In this document: one piece after another, positions 30,001 to 40,193 of the stretch
Numbering within the stretch: position 1 is the stretch's first letter
Layout of the letters: every line of letters starts with the position of its first letter
NCBI RefSeq assembly: GCF_037042905.1
Contig: NC_087260.1
Coordinates: 27,714,001 to 27,778,000, forward strand
Source of the DNA: Lytechinus pictus
Taxonomy: Eukaryota
Length of the DNA: 64,000 nucleotides
Direction: 5' to 3'
Made by a program: the position numbers and the translations under genes
Notes under the pieces: generated by a model
The model's input: only the letters and a program-made list of their open reading frames with translations
Database searches by the model: none
Told to the model about the DNA's origin: nothing

Positions 30001-33000
30001 AAATTTTTGATGAAATTCTCTTTGAGACTTGTGATAATCTACAGTGTACTTGTAACATCCATGCTTGAAACGTTAAACTATTGTATCTGCACAGATGTGA
30101 ATCCCATATGGTTCAGCCTTGGAAGTTGGAAACTCCTATTTGATTGAAGTTGTTGAAAAGAAAAGAAAAAATAGGAGCCGTGACATTTATGTATGTGCGC
30201 ATAAATAATGAAAATTGTAGTTGGCGCCGTCTGGAATAGTATTCAATCTAAAAACATGAGGGATACATTCGATAGAAGATAATCTGGATGAAAACGGCTC
30301 ATGTTCACTGATGGGAACATTGTATCTTCAATATCCAGGGAAATCCTTTTCTTAAAATATGAATATTGATTGAATACATTTAAACCTGCAAATGGATTAA
30401 CAAACCTTTTTGCATTTTTCTCATCAACTTTGAATCTAAAAACATTAAAAAATGGGAAAATATTGCTATATTTTGTCAAGTTTTTATCCCATCACCGGTA
30501 TTAGTTGGTTTAAAAAAAATAAAGATTTATATTTTGTTAATTTTTTGATATCCTTGGGTTTAATTTACATGTACATAGCTTGATGTTTATCGAATTTATG
30601 CAAATCAAATGTGCTCAAAGATTGGTTTTTATTCTTAATCATGGCCTTCATTAAAAAGTTTAAGTACAAATATTCCAATACGTGTACATGTACATGTACA
30701 TGTATGTTGGACGATTGTAAACTGTATTTTGTTTCTTTCAAAAATTAATGATTCAGGCAAGCCTTTTAAAGCACATCTATAAAAGCTTTATTTAAGGGTC
30801 AATAAAGCTTTTATAGATGTGCTTTAAAAGGCTTGCCTGAATCATTACATGAGAGCATTATTAAAATTCAAATACTACAGGTACATAGAGCAGTTGTCAT
30901 TAATGCTTTTCAGCCATTAAATTTAGCATTTTTCAGCTGTAAAAATTCAAATTTGGTATCTAGCATCCTCTCTTGGAATCATTTTTATTTTCATTTAAAA
31001 AAAAAAGAGCAATTTGAGTACTTACTTTACAAATGTATTAATTTATTGTTACTGTATTAGAAAGCTTCAGACAAAGATAACATCCTGAAATTTTCAGCCC
31101 ATTCTACATCAAAGATACTTATCTAAAAAAGACAAAAATACATCATGTTCAGGAACCCTATCAAAATTAATATAAAATTTGTAAATGTATCCCATAAAAC
31201 AAACATTTATTTTATATCCATCACACTTAGATGTTTTCTTTTATTTTCATTTTTTTTTTTTTTGGGGGGGGGTTCTTTTCACTTTTCACTGCCTAATTCT
31301 GCAACATTGGATCAACTTAACATTGTGATGAATGGAGCTTTCCAGGGCTTCTTCAGTTTCCAGGGCTCATTTGAGCATTTGAGGGGATAACATTTTCCCC
31401 AGCCCCGGTGTAATCCCCCCCCCCCTTCACATTATAAGCATGTCAAGGCATACATGTACACTTTCAGATAAAATAGTAATTCATTTGAATAGTGATTTGC
31501 ATTTGAATTGGGATATTTACCAATAGTAATTAAAGATGCCTGGGATTTAAAATTTGAGGATGGTTAAAAAAATAACAATTTATTTCAGTGCTACACTGTA
31601 CATGCATCATTTGTTCATGCAATCTTTAATCTGAAGATCAAAGTCACCAAAGAGCTTATTGAAATATCCAATTAATGTAGGACTCCTAAATGAATTCAAA
31701 AAGGTAAAATACATGTAGCACCAGATTAGATGCAAATCATCATTGTTCTATCAAACTTTCATTGTGATTTACAAGAGTGAAGAGCTTCTATAAAGAAATT
31801 GAAAAAAAAAATCATAATCCAATAAAAGAATAGCCAGTGTCAACTGTCAACCAATGTTGCTCCCTCATTAGCATATCACTCGGGACAACAGTTTTGTAAA
31901 AAGAATATAAAAATACTGTAAACAATATTTCAAAATGCAGTAGCTTCTTTGTCTGCACGCACAGATTCATATTTGGCACTTTAACCAATAACAGGTCTAG
32001 AGTGAAAACTAGACGCCAAAGACTCTGTCTGTGTCAAATAGGCCAGCCACATACATGTAACATAGTGAATCTAGTCTAACTACTTCAGACTGTGTATTAT
32101 GCACTATGCGAATTGCGAAAACCAAGGGTCTGTACCTGCAGACTAGTAGCTTCTCATTTTCACATCCAACTTTGAAGAAATTATCAGGTTTGACTTCTCT
32201 CTCATCATCAGAACCCTTTTACATGTACATGTATTTCAATCAACTTGTTAACCTAGATAATAATACATGTATTTATATATTTTTTCTATATTTTGTCTGC
32301 TTTTATCTAAATCAACTTGGCATCAGGATGAGCTTCCCTTTAAAGGGATGGTCTGGGCTAAAATTAAAAAAGCAAAATGCTGAAATTTTCATCAAAATCG
32401 GATAACAAATAACGAAGTTATTGATTTTTACAGTTTATCAATATTTTATGAAAACAGTTATATGCACATCGTCATGAATATTCAGTAGGTGGGCTGATGT
32501 CATATCCCCACTTTCCTTTTTCTTATGTTATTACATGAAATCATAAATGTTTCATTTTTTCATACATTTGTAAATGATGTGTCTCCATCATGAAATAAGT
32601 TGCGGCAACAAATAACTACGGTAATGCACAATCAGTTGTCAATCCAGTTGTTTTATTTCTTGGTAGAAAATGTTTGAATAAACCTAATTATAATAAAATA
32701 CAAAAGAACAAGTGGGGATATGACATCATCAGCCCCTCTAATGTATATTTATATAATATTGACTGGTCTTGAGGGGAACATCAAATATATTGCCAGCAAA
32801 AGAATCATATTGGCCCGAGTCTTTAGATGAGGGCAATATGGGTCTTTTAAGGGCAATATATTTGATGTTCCCCGAAAGAAATGCAGTCAATATTTTTATT
32901 ATCATCCAAATCAGATATCTAGAGCAAAAATCATGATAACAGTGATAACTTTTAAGAATAGAGTTCTGTTGTGTCATGATAATATCAGTGTCTAGGCTCT

Positions 33001-36000
33001 GCACTTTACCATTATGACGTACTTGCAAGCGCCCAGATCCAGCGTTGTCTTTATTATGACGTAGATCGTTGGTACGCGGAACATTATGAAGCGTATCACT
33101 TCATTCGCATCCTCAAAGGCCCGGATGTGAGACCAGGGAAAATACAAAGGTATATTTTGCGTCGTCTCTGCATGCAAAGTCAATACGCGCATTGAGACCG
33201 AGGAAAATATAAACAATATACCTATCCCTTCCTGATAATAATAAAATACAGGGAAATACCGTTTTGTAAATGACCAGCTCAGATGTCTGATACGGGTGAT
33301 AATCATTATTAATAATACTTTGTTACTTGTTATCAGATTTTGATCAAATTTTCAGCATTTTGCTCTGTGAATTTTATTGAGATATGAATATCTCCAGCCT
33401 GGACCATATGATCCCTTTAAGTTTAATTTCCCAGATACTATAATTCTGAGTGGGTACTCAGTAAACTGTGCAGTAAGACCTGCACCTACGTGTACCTCTA
33501 CAATTTTAAATAAAATATTCAATGCAGCAGTGAGCAGGTTCTGATGTTAACATAGAGCAGTAAGAGTGTTGATAGAAAGTACTACAAGGAGACACATTAA
33601 TTTGAATGATTGTCACATGTCAAATCAATTGTTAAGTACTTGAGTATTGAGTATCAGTCTCAGTATTTAGCACTTAAAAATGAAATTGATGACTGCATTT
33701 ATGAAATGATATAATAATTGACATCCATCAAGTATTTGGTGAAGGCACATGGCCAAGTAAAATAAAGTTTTCTTTTTCAGTATGACTTGTCAGGCTATGG
33801 AAATAACTCTTGTAAATTAAATTTGGTATATTCTTTCTTATTGCTATTATCACAATTATTATTTTGTTATTATTATTTACTATTGGGGGGTGTTCCTCTC
33901 TCATCCTTTATACATGTACATGTATGTTTGATTCACTCTTAATGCACATGTTTATCATTTTATGTCCAGGTAATGTTTGAAGACATAAAATAACTGTTTA
34001 CCCTTGCCAATATGATCATTTCACAATAATGAAATAATAAACTGGAAGTTGATCAATATCTAAACATTTTCTCATGAAAAAATGTTTATAAATAAACTTT
34101 TGAGATTACTTACTAAAAATGAATTGTATCGTATGACATTCAATCATGTTTCACTGATCAATAAGACAATCTAAGAGGAATATCTTGTAATATATTGAAG
34201 TTTGGGACCACGAACATGTACCATAATCAACCACAATCAACCACAACCACCATGTTTTTACCTACTTCTTGAATACCCAGAAGCTGATTTGATATTGTGG
34301 CTGTTTACTGTAACAGAAAACTTTAAAGCATCAGGTATAAAATGTCTATAAGAAATGTTTCAAGCCAATTATTCCAGAGCTATATGTATTTTGAGCACAG
34401 ACAAAAGATTTAAATGCAACAGATTGTTTTTTCTGCGGCTACTTTTGAGCTCACCAGCCCAAACTTCATGTAGCTACAGTACATTGTATTATTCAAGTTT
34501 ACAGTCCATTTGACCCTATCAAATATTTCTGGGGCAAATTTGCCCGGAGCCCCCATGTAAATTTTTCTTGGGCTACATACATGTACGCCGTGTGGAAAGA
34601 TAGATTTTCCAATTACCACTGAACACACAGTCAACCTGAGTTTCCTCTCCTGCTCGAAATTCCCCTTGCTGACTCAAGCCAGCCTTCTCTCAACTCTCTC
34701 AACTTTTCTTGTTCAGTACTTTTAAGGATTGTAAAACACTCATCTCACAAATGAATATGTGACCTACCACCCAAAAACCACCAATAAATCGCCAGGTAAG
34801 GTTCTTTGTAAATAGCCAAAATAGTAATTTAGTCTCCAAAAACCAAAAATTACAAAAATACATTATCTGGAAGAGCAATTCTTCTTCTTCACACTGTAAA
34901 AATTTGAAGTCGTGAAGTTGAATAAACGAAAAGATACAAGAGTTTCTTAGACACTACTTTTTCGGACTGCTTGGAAGATTCACTGAGATTACAAAGTATG
35001 CACATCTCATGATTGAGTGACCCCTAAACTTCAAACCCTGTTTCTCCTTATTTTTTAAGCTCTTGCTGAAATTCCTCCACATTCAATCAAGTACTTGTTA
35101 ATGGTTATTGTTGGTCAATTTTTAACATATTATATATCATTTTAAAGCTTAGGAAATGAATTTTCAAGCTCAAGAAAAATCTCAATATTGTTGGTTTTGG
35201 GGTGGCAGGTCACATATTTCTCTACATTCCAACCTTCCACATTCTCACCTCTCCACTTAAATCTCTACCTTGATCCACTTTTCTGAATGCATACATAATC
35301 CACATATGACCGTATGGCCCATATATATGAAGGCTTGTTGCTAGATCTCGTAAGATTTCAGTTCCCCTTCAAAATACTTAATAAATAAACGCACGTGTTG
35401 GCAAATGGTTTGCGGCCATCAGTTCTTAATTTGCCAAATGTTTTAAAAAGGTGGGGTTTCTTATATATGTTTTTATCCAAACTTAATTTGGTTGAACATA
35501 AAACACATCGGCTATTACAGAGAGGCATTGTTGTGAAATTAGGGGGGGGGGGCTATTTTTTTAAATATTATATTATAAGATGTTTGCACTTCATCCTACC
35601 TCAGTATACGTTTCAATGTCATTCTTCAAATCCTTAGCAATGTCTTTTCAGAAAATCTACCAGAAATTTACCTGACCTACATTACTATTATAAATATTGG
35701 GCAAACATTTCTTAAGTATGACCATCTTTATGTAAATATGTTGACACATTGTTCAGATTTTGGGGATGTGACACAAAAAACCAAGTTCTAATGTATTCGG
35801 ACTCCAATGACCCATGCACAATGTAACAGACTGTAACTTAAGTTTCAAATTTAAACAGCAACATGAATCATGATTGAAAACTCAATTACAAAACACAGAA
35901 CACAAACACGACAGCAGTGCACTGTTCAGTGTAAAAAATATAAAGCTGTTTATATGTTGATCGTCTTTAAATTTCCCGCTTTTGTTAGCGCAGCTTTATT

Positions 36001-39000
36001 GCGCAGTTTGACCCATAACAAGAAAGGTCAATTTGGCACCTGCTTGTGTAGGCTTCCACTGCAAGAACAAACTTAAAAAACGTTTCAAAACTCAATTGTG
36101 TTCAATGTCGCATTCGCGATGCTGAAGGTCTTAAAATCTGAGGTGATCGCGTTTACAAACGCATCTTTTTTTACGTTTAATCATGATTTGAAAGATGTTT
36201 ACTTTTACATCCGGGAATGGAGGACATTAGAAACACCTTTTGTTTCTCATTATATCGTGTTTTGTAATCACGTTTTCAATCATGGTTCATGTTGCTGTTC
36301 AAATTTTGAAACCGACATTGAACACACCCTTAAAAGAAAAAAAACTTTGCTAATTTTGAAAAGGTGTTGACTAGTGAACTGAGGTGTATCATTATCAAAC
36401 TCAAGTTTACCCCCACCCCCCCCCCAAAAAAAAAGCATATTAATACAAAAACAGATAAATAACATACCTTATTTTTGTAGATGTTCTTTGCAGAGTTTTT
36501 CCCTGTTCCATACTGAAATAAGACAAAATAAGGAAAGCAAGTGACTTTATCATACATGTACATAATATGTATTCCCCATCTTTCATCCTCAATTCCAAAT
36601 GCAATTTCAGGAGTTAATTATAAATAAAAAACATGTACAGGATATTTACATAAATCTACTTTAAAACTCAAAATATGGAAAGAATACATGATCTACCGAT
36701 AGATGTACTAAAGAGGCAGTTTTAAGTGAAATATTTATAAAAGTACTGGGAGAGTTGTTCTTTAGTGACATCACACATCTTTGTTGCATTGCCAATGGGA
36801 GATCTCTATAGCATTTAATAGTGAACGCAATATTCAAATGCTCATAACTTTCTCATTATTTGTCCAATATTTATTCAAACTTTCGTTGATTTGTTTCTTT
36901 TATTTTTCTGTTTTCACACAAGCTACAGTATCTTGTCCCAAATGTTTTATTTTCCTTTAAAGCTTGCAAGATATAAGCTATAGACACTCCATGAAAGATA
37001 AGTTGTGTTTGGTGCATTAGAAAACTTAAAAAAAAAAATGAAATTACACACAATAATAAAATCATAAAAATACTTTTTAAATATATGTAAAAAAAAAACT
37101 TACCTCATTTGACAGGCTATGTGGAGGTCCATTAAGGAAACCTTGCTTTACATTTGTACTTGTCAGCTCATCCTGCATAAAAATAATGCATTTATATCAG
37201 TTGTTTCAGTTTTTAGAAATATGCTGGTCATGATATTGTATTTCACATGTTTCATAACTTTCTAGATTTAATTACATTTAATTTTCTTATGTATGGCAGT
37301 AGAGGCACACAGCCAATATGGGAGACAATCTCCCATATTGAACTCTTGAACTTAAAGGACAAGTCCACCCCAACAAAAAGTTTATTTGAATAAAAAGAGA
37401 AAAATCCAACAAGCATAGCACTGAAAACTTCATCAAAAAAGTTATGACATTTTAAAATTTTGCTTAATGTCACAAAACAGTTATATGCACATCCTGGTCT
37501 GTATGCAAATGAGGAGATTGATGACGTTATCCACTCACTAGGCCTATTTCTTTTGTATTTTGTTATGAATTCTAATTTTCTCCTCATTGTCAAATGAAAC
37601 AATTAATAATTCCTCTCTGAATATGTGGAATTTGTATTGTTTAATACTATATGGTTCTGTGAAGTTGGTCCTCATTCATTGTCAAATCTGTGAAAAATGA
37701 AATAGGTCTAGATCTAGACCCCTATTGTACAATTCAAACAAAAGGAAACAAAATAAATAGTGAGGGAGCTACATGTATCATTGACTGTCTCATTTGCATA
37801 CCACTGAGTTGTGCATATTCACTGACACTGTTTTGTGAAAAATAAGCGAAACTTGTCATAACTAAAATGTCATAACTTTCATATTTTACAACCGATTTTG
37901 ATGAAATTTTCAGCATTGAGCTATTCAAATCAACATTTTACTGGGGTGGACTTGACCTTTTTAACTTTAAGCAAATTAAGAACTTGAGTTTAACCGATGC
38001 AACTGCAAATTTATCATTAACAAAATATGTAATTGGCTATGAGACAAGATGCATTCGCGACCTATTTTTCAGTATCCACTTTTCGAATAGAGAAAGCTTT
38101 CTCTGCCACTGCCACCCACCAGCTCTCCAGGGGCAGTATTCTGGGGTCATTTTATCTTTAAAATATTTTATTTTATCTCTTCAAATAAGGTTGGTATTCT
38201 TGAGATGACATTTTATCTCTCAGATAAGATTCTAAATTTTCTCTTGCGCATAAATTTCATCTTGCGTATCTACAGAACAATGCCTGCGTAGACGTACACA
38301 CTGCACATCCCATATCTACCATTGCAACGCGAATGATGTGCCTGCGCTCATGTTACTTTGAAGAAAAAATAAAATAGACTTAAAAGAGGGTAGGGGCTAT
38401 TTTGCTTCTGTGACGTTGATTTCATCAATATTTCTAGGTGAATTATCTCCAAATATTGATTTGAAAATGAGGAAAAATTTAATATTCATTGAGAGTAGCA
38501 TTAATAGCATTCTTCCTGTCTGTACAATCAGGAATTACTTCACAAGACTTTTCTTGATACTTGACTAATATTGTCTCTGAAACAATGCTCGAAAAGATGC
38601 AATATACATGTACATTTAAAAAAAAAGACGATCAACGAGCTAGCGTGAAGTGCAAGCGTATTGAAGCAAATAAATTGATGCAATCTCACTCCTTTGCCAT
38701 ACCTCCTGGCGGAATGAATTTCCACTGGTTGAGTGAGATGAGAGAGCTATAAAGTGTAGTAAAAGCGTGTTTCTCATAATTAATATTGGATAGGCCTATT
38801 TATATTGCTTCAATTATCAAAGTCATGAAAGTAGGTGTGAAGTTTGAAGATAAATTTTGCTCTCATCTCAGAATACCAATTCTGTGTTACAATGTGAGAT
38901 ATTTTAAAGGTATAGTATTATAAATTTTATCTCAGTTAAGATCAGTGAGATAAAAAAAAATATTTTATCTGAGATCCCAGTATAGCTTCTGTATTAGACA

Positions 39001-39846
39001 GCTGGCAGCCGTCTGTTTCAAGGAGTTTTTTAATTTTAACATTTTTTTTATTTTTTTATTTCTCCTCGTACACAGACGGCTCGCTATCATACAGCCACCA
39101 TTAGGGGGTCAACAATGCAAAATCCCCCCGATGGGGCTCATCGATTTTTGTCTTTATTTCATAAAAATATATAAAAAGAACTGTATCAAAATAAAGATTA
39201 TTCCGTTTTGGCCTGAAATGCACCAAAACGGGGAAAAAACAGTGACTTACTTCGGCTGTCGCGCAACTTCACTTCCTTGTTTTGGCCGAACTTAATACAT
39301 AAACATATGGCCTTTTGAGTCCCCTGTAGTCTGTACAGATCGAGCTAGAACTTTGGTCTCTGTATAGGCTAACTATAAATTTATTTGGTGAGCAGTGAGT
39401 GGAGCCAACGGAGTTCAGCGGAACAACCAACATAACAGAGACCGAAGCTTATGGTATACTTCTGTATGAGCTGCCAAAGGGATAACTAGTACTACATCAA
39501 GAGATAAAATGAATCTCAGATTCAGAATACTAACCCAGGCCACTTACTAAAAATACAAGGCCACTCTCACTCTGTCCCGCGGCCGCGGTCAGCGCCGACT
39601 CGCCAGCGCCAGCCGCCTAACAAACAGGCAAAGCTTCACACCGGAACCGGCGTCAGCCGTATTTTTATTCCAGCGATCTTTTTTTTCTCAAACGAAATAT
39701 ATAGAAAAGATCTTAAAAGAAATGAAGCATATTATAATATATGAGTACCATACCTCTTTCTGCTTCGGATCCTGTGGATAATATCCAGGGGGTCCGAGTT
39801 TGGGCCGTTTTAATTGCCTCAATTCATTTGGCAAAAGATGAGACAT
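7..39846 (-). CDS. MED12: Mediator of RNA polymerase II transcription subunit 12 (MED12/MED12L/kohtalo orthologue), 5' part; continues beyond window start
   Basis: Exons in transcript order: 39754-39846, 37104-37172, 36468-36512, 25296-25400, 22375-22458, 21971-22130, 19434-19696, 17172-17282, 16541-16665, 15601-15871, 13266-13365, 12211-12347, 11303-11434, 10699-10828, 9617-9831, 8427-9146, 7701-7864, 5960-6068, 4944-5064 (3' end lost in gap), 4437-4550, 3227-3368, 2192-2327, 1359-1667, 559-839, 7-111. All visible junctions are GT-AG and phase-consistent. Recognised MED12 motifs: [66 protein letters not shown] (LCEWAV domain), [75 protein letters not shown]. Confidence 0.97.
161..365. mobile_element. 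Palindromic MITE
   Basis: GGGGTGTTGCAAGAAAC..GCAATCAATT / AATTGATTG..TTTCTTGCAAAACCCC. Confidence 0.65.
2591..2886. mobile_element. Two abutting palindromic MITEs (2591-2726 and 2730-2886)
   Basis: CAG|GGCAGTGTTTCATGAAAC..GTTTCATGAAATACTCTC|CAG|GGGCCTGTTTCAC..ATGAAATGGGCCC; long inverted arms in each. Confidence 0.75.
4094..4383 (-). mobile_element. tRNA-derived SINE, family A
   Basis: Reverse complement of the same head and core, with an (AAT)n tail at 4094-4118. Confidence 0.85.
4810..4943. other. Assembly gap (134 N) removing the 3' end of MED12 exon 19
   Basis: N run adjacent to a (CAT)n tract. Confidence 0.95.
6332..6774. mobile_element. MITE-like element with duplicated right TIR
   Basis: 21-bp AATTCGGTGGATTCACAATAC at 6332; its exact complement occurs at both 6716-6736 and 6754-6774. 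Confidence 0.7.
6931..7628. mobile_element. piggyBac-like non-autonomous fragment
   Basis: TTAA|CC at the left and GGG|TTAA at the right; GGGGGGCTGAATCAGCCCCCC subterminal palindrome; left TIR largely deleted. Confidence 0.45.
9353..9485. other. Assembly gap (133 N) in MED12 intron 15
   Basis: N run flanked by (CAT/CAC)n; the flanking exons join in phase 0 without it. Confidence 0.95.
11494..11637 (-). other. Partial tandem duplicate of MED12 exon 13 (candidate alternative exon or pseudo-exon)
   Basis: 11553-11637 matches the first 85 nt of exon 11303-11434 ([28 protein letters not shown] vs [28 protein letters not shown]), with its own TTTTCTATACAG acceptor. The frame stays open to a possible phase-0 donor ATG|GTGCGT at 11494/11493. 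Confidence 0.75.
11941..12208. repeat. C-rich (G-rich on MED12 sense) minisatellite, ~65-bp unit x4
   Basis: Unit CTCCAGAATAATGTACATTACCACTACCCCCACCCATCCATCCCTCAAAAGTGAGACCCCC. Confidence 0.9.
14969..15300. mobile_element. MITE with GGGTGGTATTCT termini
   Basis: GGGTGGTATTCT ... AGAATACTACCC; interrupts an AC-rich repeat tract. Confidence 0.55.
15312..15566. repeat. Tandem repeat, 82-bp unit x3
   Basis: ATGAGACAA recurs at 15312, 15394, 15476 and 15558. Confidence 0.9.
18105..18380 (+). mobile_element. tRNA-derived SINE, family A, full length
   Basis: A box TGGCCCAGTGG (18114), B box GGTTCGAATCC (18158), core GCTGCACTCAACCCAGGTGAGGTGAATGGGTACC, (ATT)n tail; paralogues elsewhere in the window. 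Confidence 0.85.
19142..19412. mobile_element. CWG-flanked palindromic MITE (Harbinger-like)
   Basis: CTG|GGCCCTGTCTTACA ... TGTAAGACGGGGCC|CTG; a related copy lies at ~54045-54305. Confidence 0.78.
20262..20510. repeat. Polypyrimidine (CCT/CTT) low-complexity tract
   Basis: Directly visible. Confidence 0.85.
23010..23310 (+). mobile_element. tRNA-derived SINE, family A
   Basis: Head and core near-identical to the 18105 copy; AT-rich tail. Confidence 0.85.
23694..24622. mobile_element. TTAA-flanked non-autonomous DNA transposon (Kolobok-like termini)
   Basis: TTAA|GGACGTTCC ... GGAACGTCC|TTAA; internal direct repeat ~24070-24165 vs ~24509-24601. Confidence 0.7.
26372..26816. mobile_element. 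MITE with GGC termini (PIF/Harbinger-like; TSD unresolved)
   Basis: GGCCGTTCTCATTACG..CTAAAACTAGTTTACTGGAAAC vs GTTTCCAGTAAACTAGTTTTAG..CGTAGTGAGAACAGCC. Confidence 0.7.
26977..27551. mobile_element. MITE with ~190-bp inverted arms
   Basis: 26977-27160 is the inverted complement of 27370-27551 (TTGGCAATGCGACAAAGAT / ATCTTTGTCGCATTGCCAA); a half copy lies at ~36685-36961. Confidence 0.75.
28716..28873. mobile_element. TA-flanked palindromic MITE, 158 bp
   Basis: TA|CCTTGGTCACATTTGCTCTACGGCGGCCGTACGGCGAGT ... ACTCGCCGTACGGCCGCCGTAGAGCAAATGTGACCAAGG|TA. Confidence 0.88.
30746..30847. repeat. Perfect 47-bp inverted repeat with 8-nt loop
   Basis: 30746-30792 is the exact reverse complement of 30801-30847; loop TAAGGGTC. 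Confidence 0.95.
32344..33416. mobile_element. TTAA-flanked MITE (Kolobok-like) with nested insert
   Basis: TTAA|AGGGATGGTCTGGGCT ... AGCCTGGACCAT..ATCCCT|TTAA; inverted subterminal blocks (AAAATGCTGAAATTTTCATCAAAATC and its complement). Confidence 0.65.
34758..35214. mobile_element. TA-flanked MITE
   Basis: TA|TGTGACCTACCACCCAAAAACCACCAATA ... TATTGTTGGTTTTGGGGTGGCAGGTCACA|TA. Confidence 0.75.
37356..37958. mobile_element. TTAA-flanked MITE (Kolobok-like)
   Basis: TTAA|AGGACAAGTCCACCCCA ... TGGGGTGGACTTGACCT; degenerate relatives near 44560-44992 and 56730-57230. Confidence 0.7.
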
Positions 39847-40150
39847 TTTGCCAGAATCCGAGGCCGCGATCCATCCACTTTACTGCTATGGTAGAGTATA
39901 GTAAAGAAGAAAAGTAAAATAAAAAGAGAGAGAGAGAGGGATAATACAGCTGCATGCAGGAGCGAACGCGGGAGCTCGTATTAATCGCATAACATTCAGA
40001 GCGCGACCAGGAGTGAATGATATTACAAATGTAATAGAACCAATAAAAATAAAGCATAAAAAATACTGATAAATATTATTGCATTCGACCATTTTATTGT
40101 TAATCATCCAGGAGATGTGAGACAGTGAGCCGAGAAGCGATAACACAGCT
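39540..40150 (-). promoter_or_regulatory. CpG-rich MED12 5' end/promoter region
   Basis: Dense CG/GCGC patches at 39575-39660 and 39855-40010 surround the ATG, in contrast to the CpG-poor introns downstream. Confidence 0.45.
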
Positions 40151-40193
40151 ATATAGAAAAACCCCGGAGAAAAAACTAATAATTTACAGCAAC

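Noticed and set aside
30243-30479. 78-aa ORF with an acceptor-like site in intron 3
   Set aside because: No recognisable motif, donor or partner exons.
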